Shown piece by piece: positions 49,731-61,080 of a stretch of DNA of 64,000 bases (position 1 is its first letter; every line of letters starts with the position of its first letter). The stretch lies in contig CBDATS010000004.1 of the NCBI GenBank assembly GCA_965200245.1, forward strand, positions 544,001-608,000. The letters are read 5' to 3'. The stretch comes from a bacterium. Lineage in GTDB: Bacteria; UBA8248. The position numbers and the translations under genes were made by a program. Below the pieces are notes generated by a model that searched no databases, was not told the origin of the DNA, and saw only the letters and a program-made list of their open reading frames with translations.

Positions 49731-50852
49731 CTAAATCTGGAGTTCCCCGTCCTTCGAGAAGAGTTTTCCGTCGACATAGACCTCACCACCCTGTCGTAAA
49801 TCACACACCATGTCCCAGTGAAGTGCCGAGTTGTTTTTCGATCCGCTCTGGGGATAGCCCTTGCCGAGAGCGAGGTGCAAGGAGCCGCCGATTTTCTCGT
49901 CGAACAGTATGTTCTTCGTGAAGCGCTGGATGCCACCGTTCAGTCCGAACGCGAACTCCCCTACCCTCTTCGCACCCTCGTCCATGCCAATCATCGATTT
50001 CAGGAATGCCTCGTTCTTCTCGGCCACTGCCTTGACGACCTCGCCTTTCTCGAACTCGAGTTCCACACCTTCCACCTCACGCCCCTGGATGCAGGCCGGG
50101 AAGGAATAGCGAATCTTGCCGTCGATCTTGTTCTCCTCGGGGCCGGTGAAAATCTCTCCATCCGGGAAATTGTTGTGTCCTGAGCAGTTGAGAAACGGAC
50201 GCCCCGTGATGCCCACTCGCAAGTCGATGCCCGGCGCTCCGATTTCCACCACCTTGCGACCCTTGAGATAACGGATGACCCGCGCCTGAAGCCTGTGTTG
50301 TTCACGCCAGCGCTTGATGCCGCCTGCCTCGTCCGCGAAGCAGGCGCCAAAGACGAAATCCTCGTATTCCCTGATTCCCATCTCCGCATCCTGGGCGTAG
50401 GCTTCGGTAGGATAGAGGGTGAGCGTCCACCTGAGGCCCCCCTTGCCTTTCTCTTCATGCTCGGCAGCGCGCCTCATGAAAGTATCCATGATGGGCTGCC
50501 TCGTCCTGGACACAATCGCCTGTTTTTTGGGGTCCACTCCCGAAAGCCGCCGGGTGTTCGTTTCCGACAAAACGGAGATGACAACGTCCACGTTCTCGAC
50601 TTCGAACTTCCTCAAGGGAGAGAGATATTCCAGCTGCCTGCGGGTGGCGTGCTCAAAGAAAATCTCTTCCAGTCCCGGCAGCGACACCTCGGTATGGACG
50701 TAAGCGCCACGCCGGACGCACTCGGCGTAGAGCGCGCGAATGAGGGGAGCAGCGGCCGTACTCCCCCGAATCCCCACGAGATCACCCCGCTTCACTTTTG
50801 AGGAATAGCCCGTAATGATCTCCGCCATCCGTTCCACACGCACATCCGCCAT
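49731..50852 (-). CDS. Aminopeptidase (peptidase M29, AmpS/AmpT)
   Basis: WTLTLYPTEAYAQDA, NFPDGEIFTGP, GEFAFG, ILFDEKIGG..HLALG, SALHWDMV. Confidence 0.92.
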   Translation of the reverse strand: MADVRVERMAEIITGYSSKVKRGDLVGIRGSTAAAPLIRALYAECVRRGAYVHTEVSLPGLEEIFFEHATRRQLEYLSPLRKFEVENVDVVISVLSETNTRRLSGVDPKKQAIVSRTRQPIMDTFMRRAAEHEEKGKGGLRWTLTLYPTEAYAQDAEMGIREYEDFVFGACFADEAGGIKRWREQHRLQARVIRYLKGRKVVEIGAPGIDLRVGITGRPFLNCSGHNNFPDGEIFTGPEENKIDGKIRYSFPACIQGREVEGVELEFEKGEVVKAVAEKNEAFLKSMIGMDEGAKRVGEFAFGLNGGIQRFTKNILFDEKIGGSLHLALGKGYPQSGSKNNSALHWDMVCDLRQGGEVYVDGKLFSKDGELQI

Positions 50853-51239
50853 CGTTCCCTCTCCCGTAATGATTTGTTCAGGTAATGCTGCAAACGGCAA
50901 CCACCAAGCACGGCCCTTGCGGACGAAGCAAGAAACCATGAAGCGCTCGACTCTGCAATTACCATACAACAAAACAGCAAAGAGGTTCAGCAGCAAATGA
51001 GTTTTGGAAAGCAAACCGATTGGCATTCCATTTGAGTAGAAGGTGCTGCCGATACCGGATCCGGTATGGTGACGATATGATGGGTTTCCAGTCCCTTTAC
51101 TGTTGACCCGACACAATGCAATAAGCGACGGGCTCTCTCGATAAACCACCCCGTCCGGGCAGACCCCAATCTTACCCGGATGTGCTATAAGCAATGAAAA
51201 TGCGACGACTTACACAGCCCCAAAACGGAGAAGCAAGAC

Positions 51240-52046
51240 GTGGCAAAATCGGATTTGGAAGGAAGCTGGGCGCTCATACTGGGAGCCAGCAGCGGCTTCG
51301 GGGAAGCGAACGCGATCAAACTCTCAAGCATGGGAGTGAACATCTTCGGCGTTCATCTCGACAGGAAAAGCACGCTTCACAACGTGGAGCGCATTCAGGA
51401 GCAAATCAAAATCAATGGTACCGAATCCCTGTATTTCAACGTGAACGCAGCGGGCCACGAAGAGCGAAAGAGTGTTCTGGATCAAATCGAGGAACATCTG
51501 GGCGGGAGTGCGAAAGGTGCGGTACGCATCCTGCTTCACAGCCTGGCCTTCGGCACGCTCAAACCCTACATCGCGGATGAGGAAAAGGACGCCATCACCC
51601 CCAGGCAACTCGAAATGACGCTCGATGTCATGGCGAACAGCCTGGTGTATTGGACCCAAGCGCTCGTACGGCGAGAACTCATGGGTTTCGGGGGCCGTAT
51701 CTACGCCATGACAAGCGCGGGCGGACACCGAATCTGGAAAACCTATGGTGCTGTTTCGGCGGCCAAGGCCGCTCTCGAGAGCCACATTCGTCAACTCGCC
51801 GTCGAACTCGCGCCCTTGGGCATCACGGCGAACAGCATACAGGCCGGCGTCACGGACACACCCGCGCTTCGCAAAATCCCTGGAAATGTCAAGATGATCG
51901 ACAACACGAAAAAAATCAACCCCCACGGGGAACTGACAACGCCACAGAAAGTAGCCGACGCCATCGCCACGCTGGCCACCTCCGGAACGCAGTGGATGAC
52001 GGGCGATTTGATTCGGGTCGATGGAGGCGAAGACATCGCGGGCTGA
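51240..52046 (+). CDS. SDR enoyl-ACP reductase-like (FabL-like)
   Basis: ILGASSGFG, YGAVSAAKAALE, GVTDTPAL, TGDLIRVDGG. Confidence 0.8.
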   Translation: MAKSDLEGSWALILGASSGFGEANAIKLSSMGVNIFGVHLDRKSTLHNVERIQEQIKINGTESLYFNVNAAGHEERKSVLDQIEEHLGGSAKGAVRILLHSLAFGTLKPYIADEEKDAITPRQLEMTLDVMANSLVYWTQALVRRELMGFGGRIYAMTSAGGHRIWKTYGAVSAAKAALESHIRQLAVELAPLGITANSIQAGVTDTPALRKIPGNVKMIDNTKKINPHGELTTPQKVADAIATLATSGTQWMTGDLIRVDGGEDIAG

Positions 52047-52227
52047 GACGAGTCATGGCCAGAGAACTTTCCGGGAAAACCCGACTTGGCGTGTGACAGA
52101 AAGCATACGGAAGCGCCGAACGCCTTGAGAAACGTTCGTCGTTCGTCCCCATGATCACTTGCTCCTGGCGGGGCATGCCAGACACTGCGTTTCGAGATAG
52201 ATTTCCCTCTTTTTCCTTGAGAATCGC

Positions 52228-52980
52228 ATGAGCGAAGTGGAAGCCGTCGTCGTCATTCTTGTTCTCTTTTTTGGCGGATTCGTGAAGGGTTCTATCGGCT
52301 TCGGTACGCCCTTGGTTTCCGCGCCGCTTCTCGCGCTCTTTATCGATCCTCAGGAGATCGTCACCCTGCTCGCGCTCCCGCTCCTGGTCTCCAACATCAC
52401 CGACACCTATCGCCTTCGCTCGGAATGGCGCTCGCTCAGGGAAATATGGCTGTATCTGCTGTGCGCCCTCGCACTCATACCGGTGGGGGTGTGGTTTCTG
52501 GGGTTCGGAGACCCCGATTTCATCCGTTTGATGATGGGAATCATGGCTTATACGTACCTGCTCGTGGAGAGCCGCCTTTCCTCCTTCAAGGAACTCGGCA
52601 CGGGGCTGCAAAGAATCGTCGGCGCCTTGATGGGCGCGATACTGGGTTTCGTGTACGGGACGACAACCATCAGCGGAGCCATCAACGTGATTTACTTCAG
52701 CATGCTCAGGTTGTCGAAAAATCCCTTCATCTTCCTGATGAACGCATTCAACACAACTGGCATGATCGTCATAATCTCGAGCCTTGGCCTACAGGGTATT
52801 TATACGAAGCCGCGCTTCACGAACGCGTTGCTGGCGATCATACCCGTGTACGTCGGGTACTGGGTGGGCATTCGCGTTCGAGAGCATATCGACCAGGCGC
52901 TTTTCTTCAAGCTCATCCGGATAGCCCTGTTCCTGATCGCCACGAGTCTCGTGATCAAATTCGCCTTGGGAAAGATATGA
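52228..52980 (+). CDS. TauE/SafE family membrane exporter
   Basis: GGFVKGSIGFG.PL motif; about eight hydrophobic helices. Confidence 0.85.
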   Translation: MSEVEAVVVILVLFFGGFVKGSIGFGTPLVSAPLLALFIDPQEIVTLLALPLLVSNITDTYRLRSEWRSLREIWLYLLCALALIPVGVWFLGFGDPDFIRLMMGIMAYTYLLVESRLSSFKELGTGLQRIVGALMGAILGFVYGTTTISGAINVIYFSMLRLSKNPFIFLMNAFNTTGMIVIISSLGLQGIYTKPRFTNALLAIIPVYVGYWVGIRVREHIDQALFFKLIRIALFLIATSLVIKFALGKI

Positions 52981-53031
52981 GGTTCCACGGGCACAACAGA
53001 CTTATGCCCTGAAGCGATGCAGCAGATTTCC

Positions 53032-53069
53032 AGAAAGAAACCCCGCCCGGACGAACCCGGACGGGGTTT
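53032..53069 (-). terminator. Rho-independent terminator between convergent genes
   Basis: aaaccccgcccgg...ccggacggggttt stem with T-rich tails on both strands. Confidence 0.75.
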
Positions 53070-53102
53070 GATGCTATCGGGCGAGAGATCGCCCTGTTTC
53101 AG

Positions 53103-54257
53103 CTAGCCGCTCTGTTTCGCCATGATGGCGCGGGTGATGTCACCCTCGGGTGTCGTGCCCTCCGGCGAACCGTTCATGCCAGGGAATTTCAAGTGGTTCT
53201 TCACAGGGTCAATGCCCGCAAGCCTTGCCAGCGTGCCACCCAGGAAATCCGCCTTGTCCTGCTTCGTAATGGAGGGATATCCCCATTTTTCCTGGAGTTC
53301 TTCGTCGATGTGCAGCTTGAGAATCGCTTCAACCGACTGATACGGATCCGAAGCGGGCCAGTCGCTGCCCCACACGAAACGGCCGGGACCCACGATTTGC
53401 AGCGTCGTTCCGACCATGTGGGCGAAGCGATGGGGGGCACGCATGAGCCAGGGCAGCAGAATCGAGTAGCTCACGTACACGTTCGGGTGTTTCCACATCA
53501 GCATGATCAGGTCTTCCCAGTAGGGATAGCCGCCGTGGTAGGCCACGATTTTCAGGTCCGGGAAGTCGGATGCCACCTCATCCAGCAGAATCGGAAGGGT
53601 ATAGCGTGTGGGACCCATCCGGATGGTGATGCCGGTGTGGAAGAAGGCCACGATGTCCTTGTCCTGGCACATCTCGTAGGCGGGCCAGAGTCTGCGGTCG
53701 TTGATGGGGCAGTCTTCGGGTTGATAGAACTTGGTGAACTTGAAGTTGTAGTTGTCGTGGAGATATTCCATCTCCCAGAGGAAATCCTTGGTCTTGCGCT
53801 TGGAGAACGGCCCCACGTTCGAGACGCCGATAACGCGGTCGGGGTATTTCTCGATGGCGTCGATGACGTGCTGGTTCGTGGAGAACGGCGCGCTGTCGCC
53901 CGCCGTGTCGATGAACGATTCGCGCATCAGGGCTATCTGGTCTACACCCGATCGGTCCATGTCGGCGATGATCTTGTCGATATGCCAGTCCATGCCCGGG
54001 TGGATGGCCGCCGGCCTGTTGTTCCTGTGGTCGATCCACTGCCACTGGTTGCACATTTTGTGCGCGTACTCGAATGTGCTCGTGCCCTCGAAATACTTGA
54101 TGAAGCGCCGGTAGTCCTCGGGCATCACGTGCGTTTCGCAGTCGATGATATAGTAATCGTTCGCGTCCTCACCCGTCTCGGGATTGGACGGTAAGGGCAT
54201 CTTTGTGTCCCAAGTGGGAGCCACATATTCAGCTTGCGCGGTTCCGTCTGTGCTCAT
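53103..54257 (-). CDS. Amidohydrolase-2 family metal-dependent hydrolase
   Basis: IIDCETHV, FFHTG, FPDLKIVAYHGGYP, VWGSDWP. Confidence 0.85.
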   Translation of the reverse strand: MSTDGTAQAEYVAPTWDTKMPLPSNPETGEDANDYYIIDCETHVMPEDYRRFIKYFEGTSTFEYAHKMCNQWQWIDHRNNRPAAIHPGMDWHIDKIIADMDRSGVDQIALMRESFIDTAGDSAPFSTNQHVIDAIEKYPDRVIGVSNVGPFSKRKTKDFLWEMEYLHDNYNFKFTKFYQPEDCPINDRRLWPAYEMCQDKDIVAFFHTGITIRMGPTRYTLPILLDEVASDFPDLKIVAYHGGYPYWEDLIMLMWKHPNVYVSYSILLPWLMRAPHRFAHMVGTTLQIVGPGRFVWGSDWPASDPYQSVEAILKLHIDEELQEKWGYPSITKQDKADFLGGTLARLAGIDPVKNHLKFPGMNGSPEGTTPEGDITRAIMAKQSG

Positions 54258-54418
54258 TCTCTCTTACCTCCAGAAGGGTCGAATAAAGAAAGCGAAATCA
54301 TCGCGTTCCGCTCTATGATGACGAACACCATTTGCTCAGAAACAAAAGAGGCCCTATGTTAGGATGCTCAGGTAATCGTGTAAAGTAGCGTCATCACCGA
54401 AAACGGCGAGAGAAGGTT

Positions 54419-56695
54419 ATGTCCGGCACAACTCGGAAATCCTATACGATCTGCTCCCCCCATTGCGGGAATAATCCGTGCAGTTTTGAGGTTGAAGTAA
54501 ACGAAGGAGAAATTGCCTCGTTCCGGGCGAATCCCAAAATGCGCATCAAGCCCTGCATCAAGGGGTTCCAGTTACCGGACAGGTATCACCACCCCGACAG
54601 GCTCCTCTACCCCATGAAGCGAGTAGGCGCGAAAGGTTCCGGACCGGGCAACTCGAACCGCTTTGAGCGAGTGAGTTGGGATCAAGCACTGGATCTGGTC
54701 GCCGAGGGACTCGAAGCCGCCAGGGAGAAGGGTGGCAACGAATCCGTGATGATGTATCACTACTCCGCCCAGCACACCCTGCCCGGCGGACGCGACGCGG
54801 AACCGGCCACCATCATGCGGCTTTTGAACATGTGGGGCGGCGCAGTGCAACCCTACATGCGTGGCAGCCTCTGTTGGAAGGCCTTCTTGGGAGCGAGCAC
54901 GGACGTATTCGGACACTGGCAGGTGAGCAACAAGCCGACCGATGACTGCGAGTGGATCGTCCTGTGGGGCAACAACCCGGTGGAGACGGGATACCGCGGT
55001 CTCCTCCAGTCCCTGCAAACCGCCAAGAAAAATGGATGCCGCTTCATTGTGGTAGACCCTTTCCGCACGAGGACGGTGGAACGCTTCTGCGATGTGCACG
55101 TGCCGATTCGCCCCTCCACCGACACTGCGCTCGCGCTGGCCGTGCTGCGCCTCATGCTTGCAGAAGACGCATTCGACGAAACCTTTCTCAGGCAAAGAAC
55201 CAATGCCGCCTTCCTTATTAATACTGATACAGCCCGCTTCGTTCGGGATTCGAGCGGTGCACCGCTTGCCTGGGATGAAGAAACCGCCTCGGCCGTAGCG
55301 TTCGACGCTTGCACGAAACAGGCCCTGAGCGGCACTTTCCATGTGAATGGAACCGGCTGCAGGCCCGCACTCGATTACCTGCGCGACGCCGCCGAACCCT
55401 GGACACCCAAACGCGCAGCGCGAGAATGCGGCGTCTCGACGGAACACGTGCGGGCTATTGCAAACGCGATGCGAAACGGAAAAATTATCGTCTATTACGG
55501 TTCCTATCAACGCACCGTATACGGTGAGCAGGCTGTCCGTGCGCTGCACATCCTGAACCTTCTGGCGGGCGCTTCGGGCGGTGTTTTACGCCACGGAGCA
55601 AAAGAAACGGGTTTTCCCTCCGACACGGCGCACGGCACTGGCCTCGCCGAAGTGATGACTGATCGATGGGCCGTCCCGAATCCCGTGAAACGCACCATTC
55701 CGACCGGTCGGATCGGAGAAGCCATCCTGACCCCTGATTCTTACGGTGGCCCCGTGCACGCCGCGCTCGTGATGTGGGGCAACCCGGTCGGCCAGGCCGG
55801 AAATGCGCACAAAACCGAGCGCGCCCTGCACTCTTTGGATTTCTGCGCGGTGGCGGACATCTTCATGACGCCGACAGCGAAATGCGCAGACGTAGTGCTG
55901 CCGGCCTCCACTTGGCTTGAACGCTGCGCAATCACCGGGGGCATGGAGATGGGCAGTACCTTCTATCATCTCGCTCATGAGAATTCACCCAAGCATATTC
56001 TCCTTTACACGCCGGGTGTCATGCCGCCGCGTGGGGAGTCGCTCGATGATTTCGAGATCGTCTGCCGCCTGGCCGAAAAAATGGGTTACGGCGCACATTT
56101 CCCGTGGAAATCATCCAGGGAATGGATTGAAGAACTCCTGGAAGCGGCAAGGACGGACGCACGCTTCCCCTGGTTCCGGGACGTTACGCTCGAAAGGCTC
56201 GAAGTCGAGGGCCAGATTACCCTCGATATCCCGGACGCCGCGCCGCACTGGGAACTCGCCACTCCGCAAGGTCGCGCGCAGGTTTATTTCGAGGACATCA
56301 AACAAAAGACACCGGCTCATTTCTCACCAGAACAGGGTCCGAACGGCACAGGCTACCCATTGCAACTCCTTACGCCGAAAACCTATTTCCGTGCGAGTTC
56401 GACCTTCAACAACGCGAGGAAACTCCTGCGCCACGGCTGGAACGTCGTCACCCTTCATCCGGCCGATGCAGCCGCCCGGGGCATCGGGGAAGGCGACAGC
56501 GTACGGCTTCGGAACGATTTCGGAGAGTCCGTCTTCGAGGCCAGGGTGAGCGAGCGAATTCGCCAGGGAGTCGTGCACGTGCCTGCGGGCGGATTGCCGG
56601 AGGACGGCGCGGCAAATCAGCTCACCGGCGACGCCTTGTCAGAATACGAAAACGCCACGTTCAACAGCTACCATGTAGAGGCTGAGAAAAGCTGA
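54419..56695 (+). CDS. Mo/W-bisPGD oxidoreductase catalytic subunit (DMSO reductase family), no Tat signal
   Basis: CSPHCGNNPC..C, HPDRLLYPMKRVG, VLWGNNP, PIRPSTDTALA, TPTAKCADVVLP, LHPADAAARGI. Confidence 0.9.
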   Translation: MSGTTRKSYTICSPHCGNNPCSFEVEVNEGEIASFRANPKMRIKPCIKGFQLPDRYHHPDRLLYPMKRVGAKGSGPGNSNRFERVSWDQALDLVAEGLEAAREKGGNESVMMYHYSAQHTLPGGRDAEPATIMRLLNMWGGAVQPYMRGSLCWKAFLGASTDVFGHWQVSNKPTDDCEWIVLWGNNPVETGYRGLLQSLQTAKKNGCRFIVVDPFRTRTVERFCDVHVPIRPSTDTALALAVLRLMLAEDAFDETFLRQRTNAAFLINTDTARFVRDSSGAPLAWDEETASAVAFDACTKQALSGTFHVNGTGCRPALDYLRDAAEPWTPKRAARECGVSTEHVRAIANAMRNGKIIVYYGSYQRTVYGEQAVRALHILNLLAGASGGVLRHGAKETGFPSDTAHGTGLAEVMTDRWAVPNPVKRTIPTGRIGEAILTPDSYGGPVHAALVMWGNPVGQAGNAHKTERALHSLDFCAVADIFMTPTAKCADVVLPASTWLERCAITGGMEMGSTFYHLAHENSPKHILLYTPGVMPPRGESLDDFEIVCRLAEKMGYGAHFPWKSSREWIEELLEAARTDARFPWFRDVTLERLEVEGQITLDIPDAAPHWELATPQGRAQVYFEDIKQKTPAHFSPEQGPNGTGYPLQLLTPKTYFRASSTFNNARKLLRHGWNVVTLHPADAAARGIGEGDSVRLRNDFGESVFEARVSERIRQGVVHVPAGGLPEDGAANQLTGDALSEYENATFNSYHVEAEKS

Positions 56696-56710
56696 ATACG
56701 CGTGTGGCAC

Positions 56711-57697
56711 CTAATCATCATGGACTAACCGGGATATTTCTACGTCTTTTCTTGCATAATCCATCAACTCTCCGTTACTGAGCTTGGCAATTTCCTTTAA
56801 GTAGAGTTCTCTGGATTCCTCGTCCTCCAAAAGCACTGCAACACTGTATTTGAAAAATTGGGGTTTTCTGTCTTTGCTTCTATTCGGATATTCTGATTGT
56901 TTCTTTATTTCTTTCAATTCTGCCACATGCTCATCCATTATTCTCTTCATGGATAAATCAGCATATTCTTTCTCTTTCTCGCATCCTACAAAGTTTCTCC
57001 CGTTCCGTATTGCTGAAACGCCCGTGGTGCTGCTCCCCGCAAAGGGGTCGAATATCCAGTCGCCTTCATTTGTTGACGCAAGGACAATCCTGTCGAGTAA
57101 TTCGACGGGCTTCTGGGTCGGGTGTTCCCCATGTTTTTTCTCGGACTTTCTGGGAGGGCCAATCCTCCAAACCGTTTTCATCTGCTTTCCGCCGTTCCGT
57201 TCGTGCATTGCCTGGTAGTTGAAACAGTGTTTTGACTTGTCAGACCTCGCAGCCCAAAGAATAGTTTCCGTGGAATGGGGAAAATACCGGCGAGACAGAT
57301 TTGGGGGAGGATTCGGTTTCTCCCAAGTGACGCTGTTCAGTATCTTCATTCCGAGACATTGCATGACGTATCCCACGGAATGAATGACGTGATGGGTGCC
57401 GGAAACCCATATCGTGCCGTTGGGTTTGAGAAGATTCCGGCATTTGCGGAGCCATTCGAGATTGAATTCATGATTTGCTTCCACGCCCATAGATTTGTCC
57501 CAGCGTCCTTTGTTGACGCTACCCATTTTTCCGGCATGGCCGCTAATTCCATCATTGGACAGAAAATAGGGCGGAGCGGCGAAAATCATGTCATACAAAT
57601 CATCAGGATAGTCAGTCGCCATTTCATCCATCAAGGTCAAGCTGTCGGCATGAAACAAAGTAATACCACTAACTTGAAACGTCGGTTTTGTGTTCAT
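56711..57697 (-). CDS. Beta-class DNA adenine methyltransferase (DpnA-like), catalytic DPPY changed to APPY
   Basis: MIFAAPPYFLSN, WEKPNPPPNLS, HPTQKP, FDPFAGSSTTG; AT-rich. Confidence 0.8.
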   Translation of the reverse strand: MNTKPTFQVSGITLFHADSLTLMDEMATDYPDDLYDMIFAAPPYFLSNDGISGHAGKMGSVNKGRWDKSMGVEANHEFNLEWLRKCRNLLKPNGTIWVSGTHHVIHSVGYVMQCLGMKILNSVTWEKPNPPPNLSRRYFPHSTETILWAARSDKSKHCFNYQAMHERNGGKQMKTVWRIGPPRKSEKKHGEHPTQKPVELLDRIVLASTNEGDWIFDPFAGSSTTGVSAIRNGRNFVGCEKEKEYADLSMKRIMDEHVAELKEIKKQSEYPNRSKDRKPQFFKYSVAVLLEDEESRELYLKEIAKLSNGELMDYARKDVEISRLVHDD

Positions 57698-58164
57698 CTT
57701 TCAATAACTCCAATATCAGGGGAATAAACAAAGTAACGAAAAAGACTTGAGATCAATCACTCAATGAGCCCGGCTATTTGGTGTCCGTCTTCTTGGCTAA
57801 TTTCACATCCCGCAAGAACGCCAATATCTTCCATTGGAGCGGGGAGATGGATATTTTCTTCAAGTTTCGCTTTTGACGGTTGATAAGGCGAGGGTTTTAT
57901 TTCAACTCTAGGTTTGTTTTTGCTTCGTCAATCTCTGTACAAGAAATGCTGTCGAAGATATGAGAGTCAGAGAGAATACCGAGCCCCACTCACGATGCGC
58001 AGTGTATCGCTTGATTTCTTGGCTGAAACCAGACATATCATCTTCACTTGCAACCAACTAAATATGACATATTTGGGGCCGAAGGTGAAAGAACAATCTG
58101 AAGAAAAAGCCACTATGGCGGCTTCGCGGAAGCTATACTGTAAAACCAATTCGATGTCTTTGGG

Positions 58165-58284
58165 AACCGGTATATCCTCTGCACTGGCGTAGCGACGAAC
58201 GTCTGCGTGGAGAGCACGGCGCGCGAGGCCTGTTTCCGCGAATTCCGGCCCATTCTCATCGACGACACGATAAATCACAGCGGA
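58165..58284 (+). pseudogene. Isochorismatase/cysteine hydrolase (RutB-like) fragment
   Basis: RYILCTGVATNVCVESTAREACFREFRPILIDD motif with no start codon. Confidence 0.6.
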
Positions 58285-58300
58285 TACAACGCCCGGAGAC

Positions 58301-60681
58301 ATGGAGGAGGAATTGGCGCAGGGAATGTCTGATCGCGACGAAGCTGCCTCCATTCACGCGCGTCTCATGCAACTCGCGGCCGAGAAGGCTGCACTGGAGG
58401 CTCGACTTGCCGGGATCGAAGCTGCGGGACCGGGCATTCAGGATAACGAATGGCCCAAGGAGCCGGTGACGAACCGTTCGCCGACACGCGAGAAGATCGC
58501 GCTGTTCCGATCGCTTTTTCGCGGTCGGGAAGATGTGTTTCCGAAGCGCTGGGAAAATGTCCGGACCGGTAAAGCGGGGTATGCACCCGCGTGTAGCAAT
58601 GAATGGAAACCGGTCACATGCGGCAAGCCTCGCGTCAAGTGTGGTGCCTGCCCCAATCAGGCCTTCCTGCCAGTGACAAACGAGGTGATCGAAAGACACT
58701 TGCGCGGGCACCACATGATCGGTGTCTATCCCATGCTCTCCGATGGTGCCTGCTGGTTTCTCGCCATCGACTTCGACAAACGGACATGGCAGCGGGACGT
58801 GAAAGCCTTTCTCGTGACCTGCCGTTCGAGAGAGGTTCCGGCGGACATGTGTGGATATTCTTCGCTGAACCAGTCCCGGTTGCGGTCGCCCGTCGCCTCG
58901 GCACCCATCTCCTGACCGAGACCATGGAGTGCAATCCCGACATGGGCTTCGAGTCCTATGATCGGCTGTTCCCCAGCCAGGACACAGTGCCGGCCGGCGG
59001 TTTCGGCAACCTCATCGCGCTGCCGTTGCAGCACGGTCCACGAACAGATGGCAACAGCCTGTTCCTCGACGAGCGCTTCGAGCCCCATGCGGACCAGTGG
59101 GCATTCCTTTCCGGGCTTCGGCGCCTGTCTCTGGCAGAAGTGACGACGATCGTCGAGGAAGCGGGTCGGCAGAGTGGAATTATAGGGCTGCGCCTGCCGC
59201 TCAATGAAGAAGACGAAGAGCCCTGGACTACACCCCCATCACGCCTCCGACCGCTGCCGGAGATTGCCGGGCCACTGCCCAAAAGTGTCAATGCCATCCT
59301 AGGCGATCTGATCTACATCCCGCGCGCCGGCCTGCCGCCGCGGCTGATCAATCGGCTTGTCCGCCTCGCAGCCTTCCAGAACCCCGCATTCTACAGCGCC
59401 CAGGCGATGCGACATTCCACGTTCGGTATTCCCCGTATAGTCGCCTGCGCCGAGTTACTCTCCCATCATATTGCCCTGCCACGCGGCTGCCTCGAGTCGA
59501 TGGAGTGCCTGTTCGAGGAATTGGGTATTGACGTGAAACTGCATGATGAACGTTTTTCCGGCCGTCCCGTCGAGACGGCGTTTCTCGCAGAATTGACCCC
59601 GGAACAGAAAGCTGCTGCCGATGCCCTGCTTGCACATGAGAACGGTGTGCTCGCAGCAGCCACCGGGTTCGGTAAGACCGTCGTCGCGGCGTCCACCATT
59701 GCCACCCGCGGGACCAATACACTCGTTCTGGTCCACCGCCGCCAACTCATGGAGCAATGGATCGCGCAACTCGGCGCGTTCCTTGATCTCCCGGTATCTG
59801 AAATCGGCCGGATCGGCGGTGGCAAGCGCAAGCCCAGTGCCACAGTTGATGTCGGCATCATCCAGAGCCTCGTACGCAACAGGGAAGTGGACGATATCGT
59901 TGCCGATTACGGGCATCTGGTAGTCGACGAATGTCACCATCTCTCCGCCGTCAGTTTCGAGGCGGTGGCACGCCGCGCGAAGGCCAAATACGTCCTCGGG
60001 CTGTCCGCGACCGTCACCCGCCAGGACGGGCATCATCCGATTGTCTTCATGCAATGCGGCCCGATCCGGTTCCGGGCAGGCGCGAAGGCGCAATCCCGCC
60101 AGCGCCCGTTCAGGCATCGGGCGATCCTGCGTCCGACATCGTTCGGGATGCCAGCGGGCCTGGACAGGGAGCGACCGCCGATCCAGTACGTCTATACCGC
60201 GCTTGCTGCAGACGAGGATCGCAACACCTTGATTTTCGATGATGTGCTGAACGCTCTCAAGGCGGGACGTTCGCCACTCGTTCTCACGGAGCGCAAAGAC
60301 CACGCGTATCATCTCGCGGAAAAGCTTGACCACTTCGCCCGGAATGTGCTCCTTCTCCGGGGCGGCATGGGGACGAAACAGCACCGTGAGCTCATGCAGC
60401 GACTCAAGGATATACCCGAAACGGAAGAGCGAGTCCTCGTTGCGACGGGTCGTTATATCGGCGAGGGGTTCGACGACGCCCGCCTAGATGCGTTGTTTCT
60501 GGCGATGCCAGTCTCCTGGAAGGGAACGCTCGCGCAGTATGTCGGTCGCCTCCACAGGCTGCATCCAGAGAAGCGCGAAGTGCTGGTCTACGATTATATT
60601 GATGAAGCCATGCCAATGCTCCGGCGCATGAGCGAAAAACGCATCCGGGGCTATCGCAGCCTCGGCTATTCCGTCGAATAG
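58301..60681 (+). pseudogene. TOTE-type AEP primase-like domain plus SF2 DEAD/DEAH helicase, frameshifted at ~58840
   Basis: EKIALFRSLFRGREDV...GYAPACSNEW...AIDFD; frame change to GHVWIFF...SYDRLFPSQD..GGFGNLIALPLQ; Walker A ATGFGKT, DECHH, GLSAT, QYVGRLHR. Confidence 0.8.
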
Positions 60682-61080
60682 TCCCGGCGGTCGAACCGGT
60701 GGATTGGACCGTCATGGGACCCTTCACATCCTGTTTTGTCGACTCGCCCCGATGTTCGGGATTGAATTCGACAGAAGAGGGAGGGTTCCACCTTTCCATG
60801 CAACGTGCGCGATACCGTATCGCCTGTTTCTCATGTGCACGGCAATCCCGGTCCGGTTTCGGGAGTGTGCGATTGCATCTCTAGTGGGACAGGTAATGGC
60901 CTGTCCGAAAACCCTGGGTTGCATGCGCAAATTCGATTGCGAATGTTGCTGGATGAAAGCTATGATAACGTTGCCTTCGCGCATATCCACACAATCACTG
61001 TTTCCCGGATCCAGCCCGGTTTTCAAGGGTATTCATTCCGGGAATTGGGATTGTCCTCGTTATCCATATGGAGATGAACC

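Noticed and set aside
50860-51230. Possible ncRNA in the divergent intergenic region (palindrome ATACCGGATCCGGTAT near 51052-51068)
   Set aside because: One short dyad only; no recognisable riboswitch or ncRNA consensus
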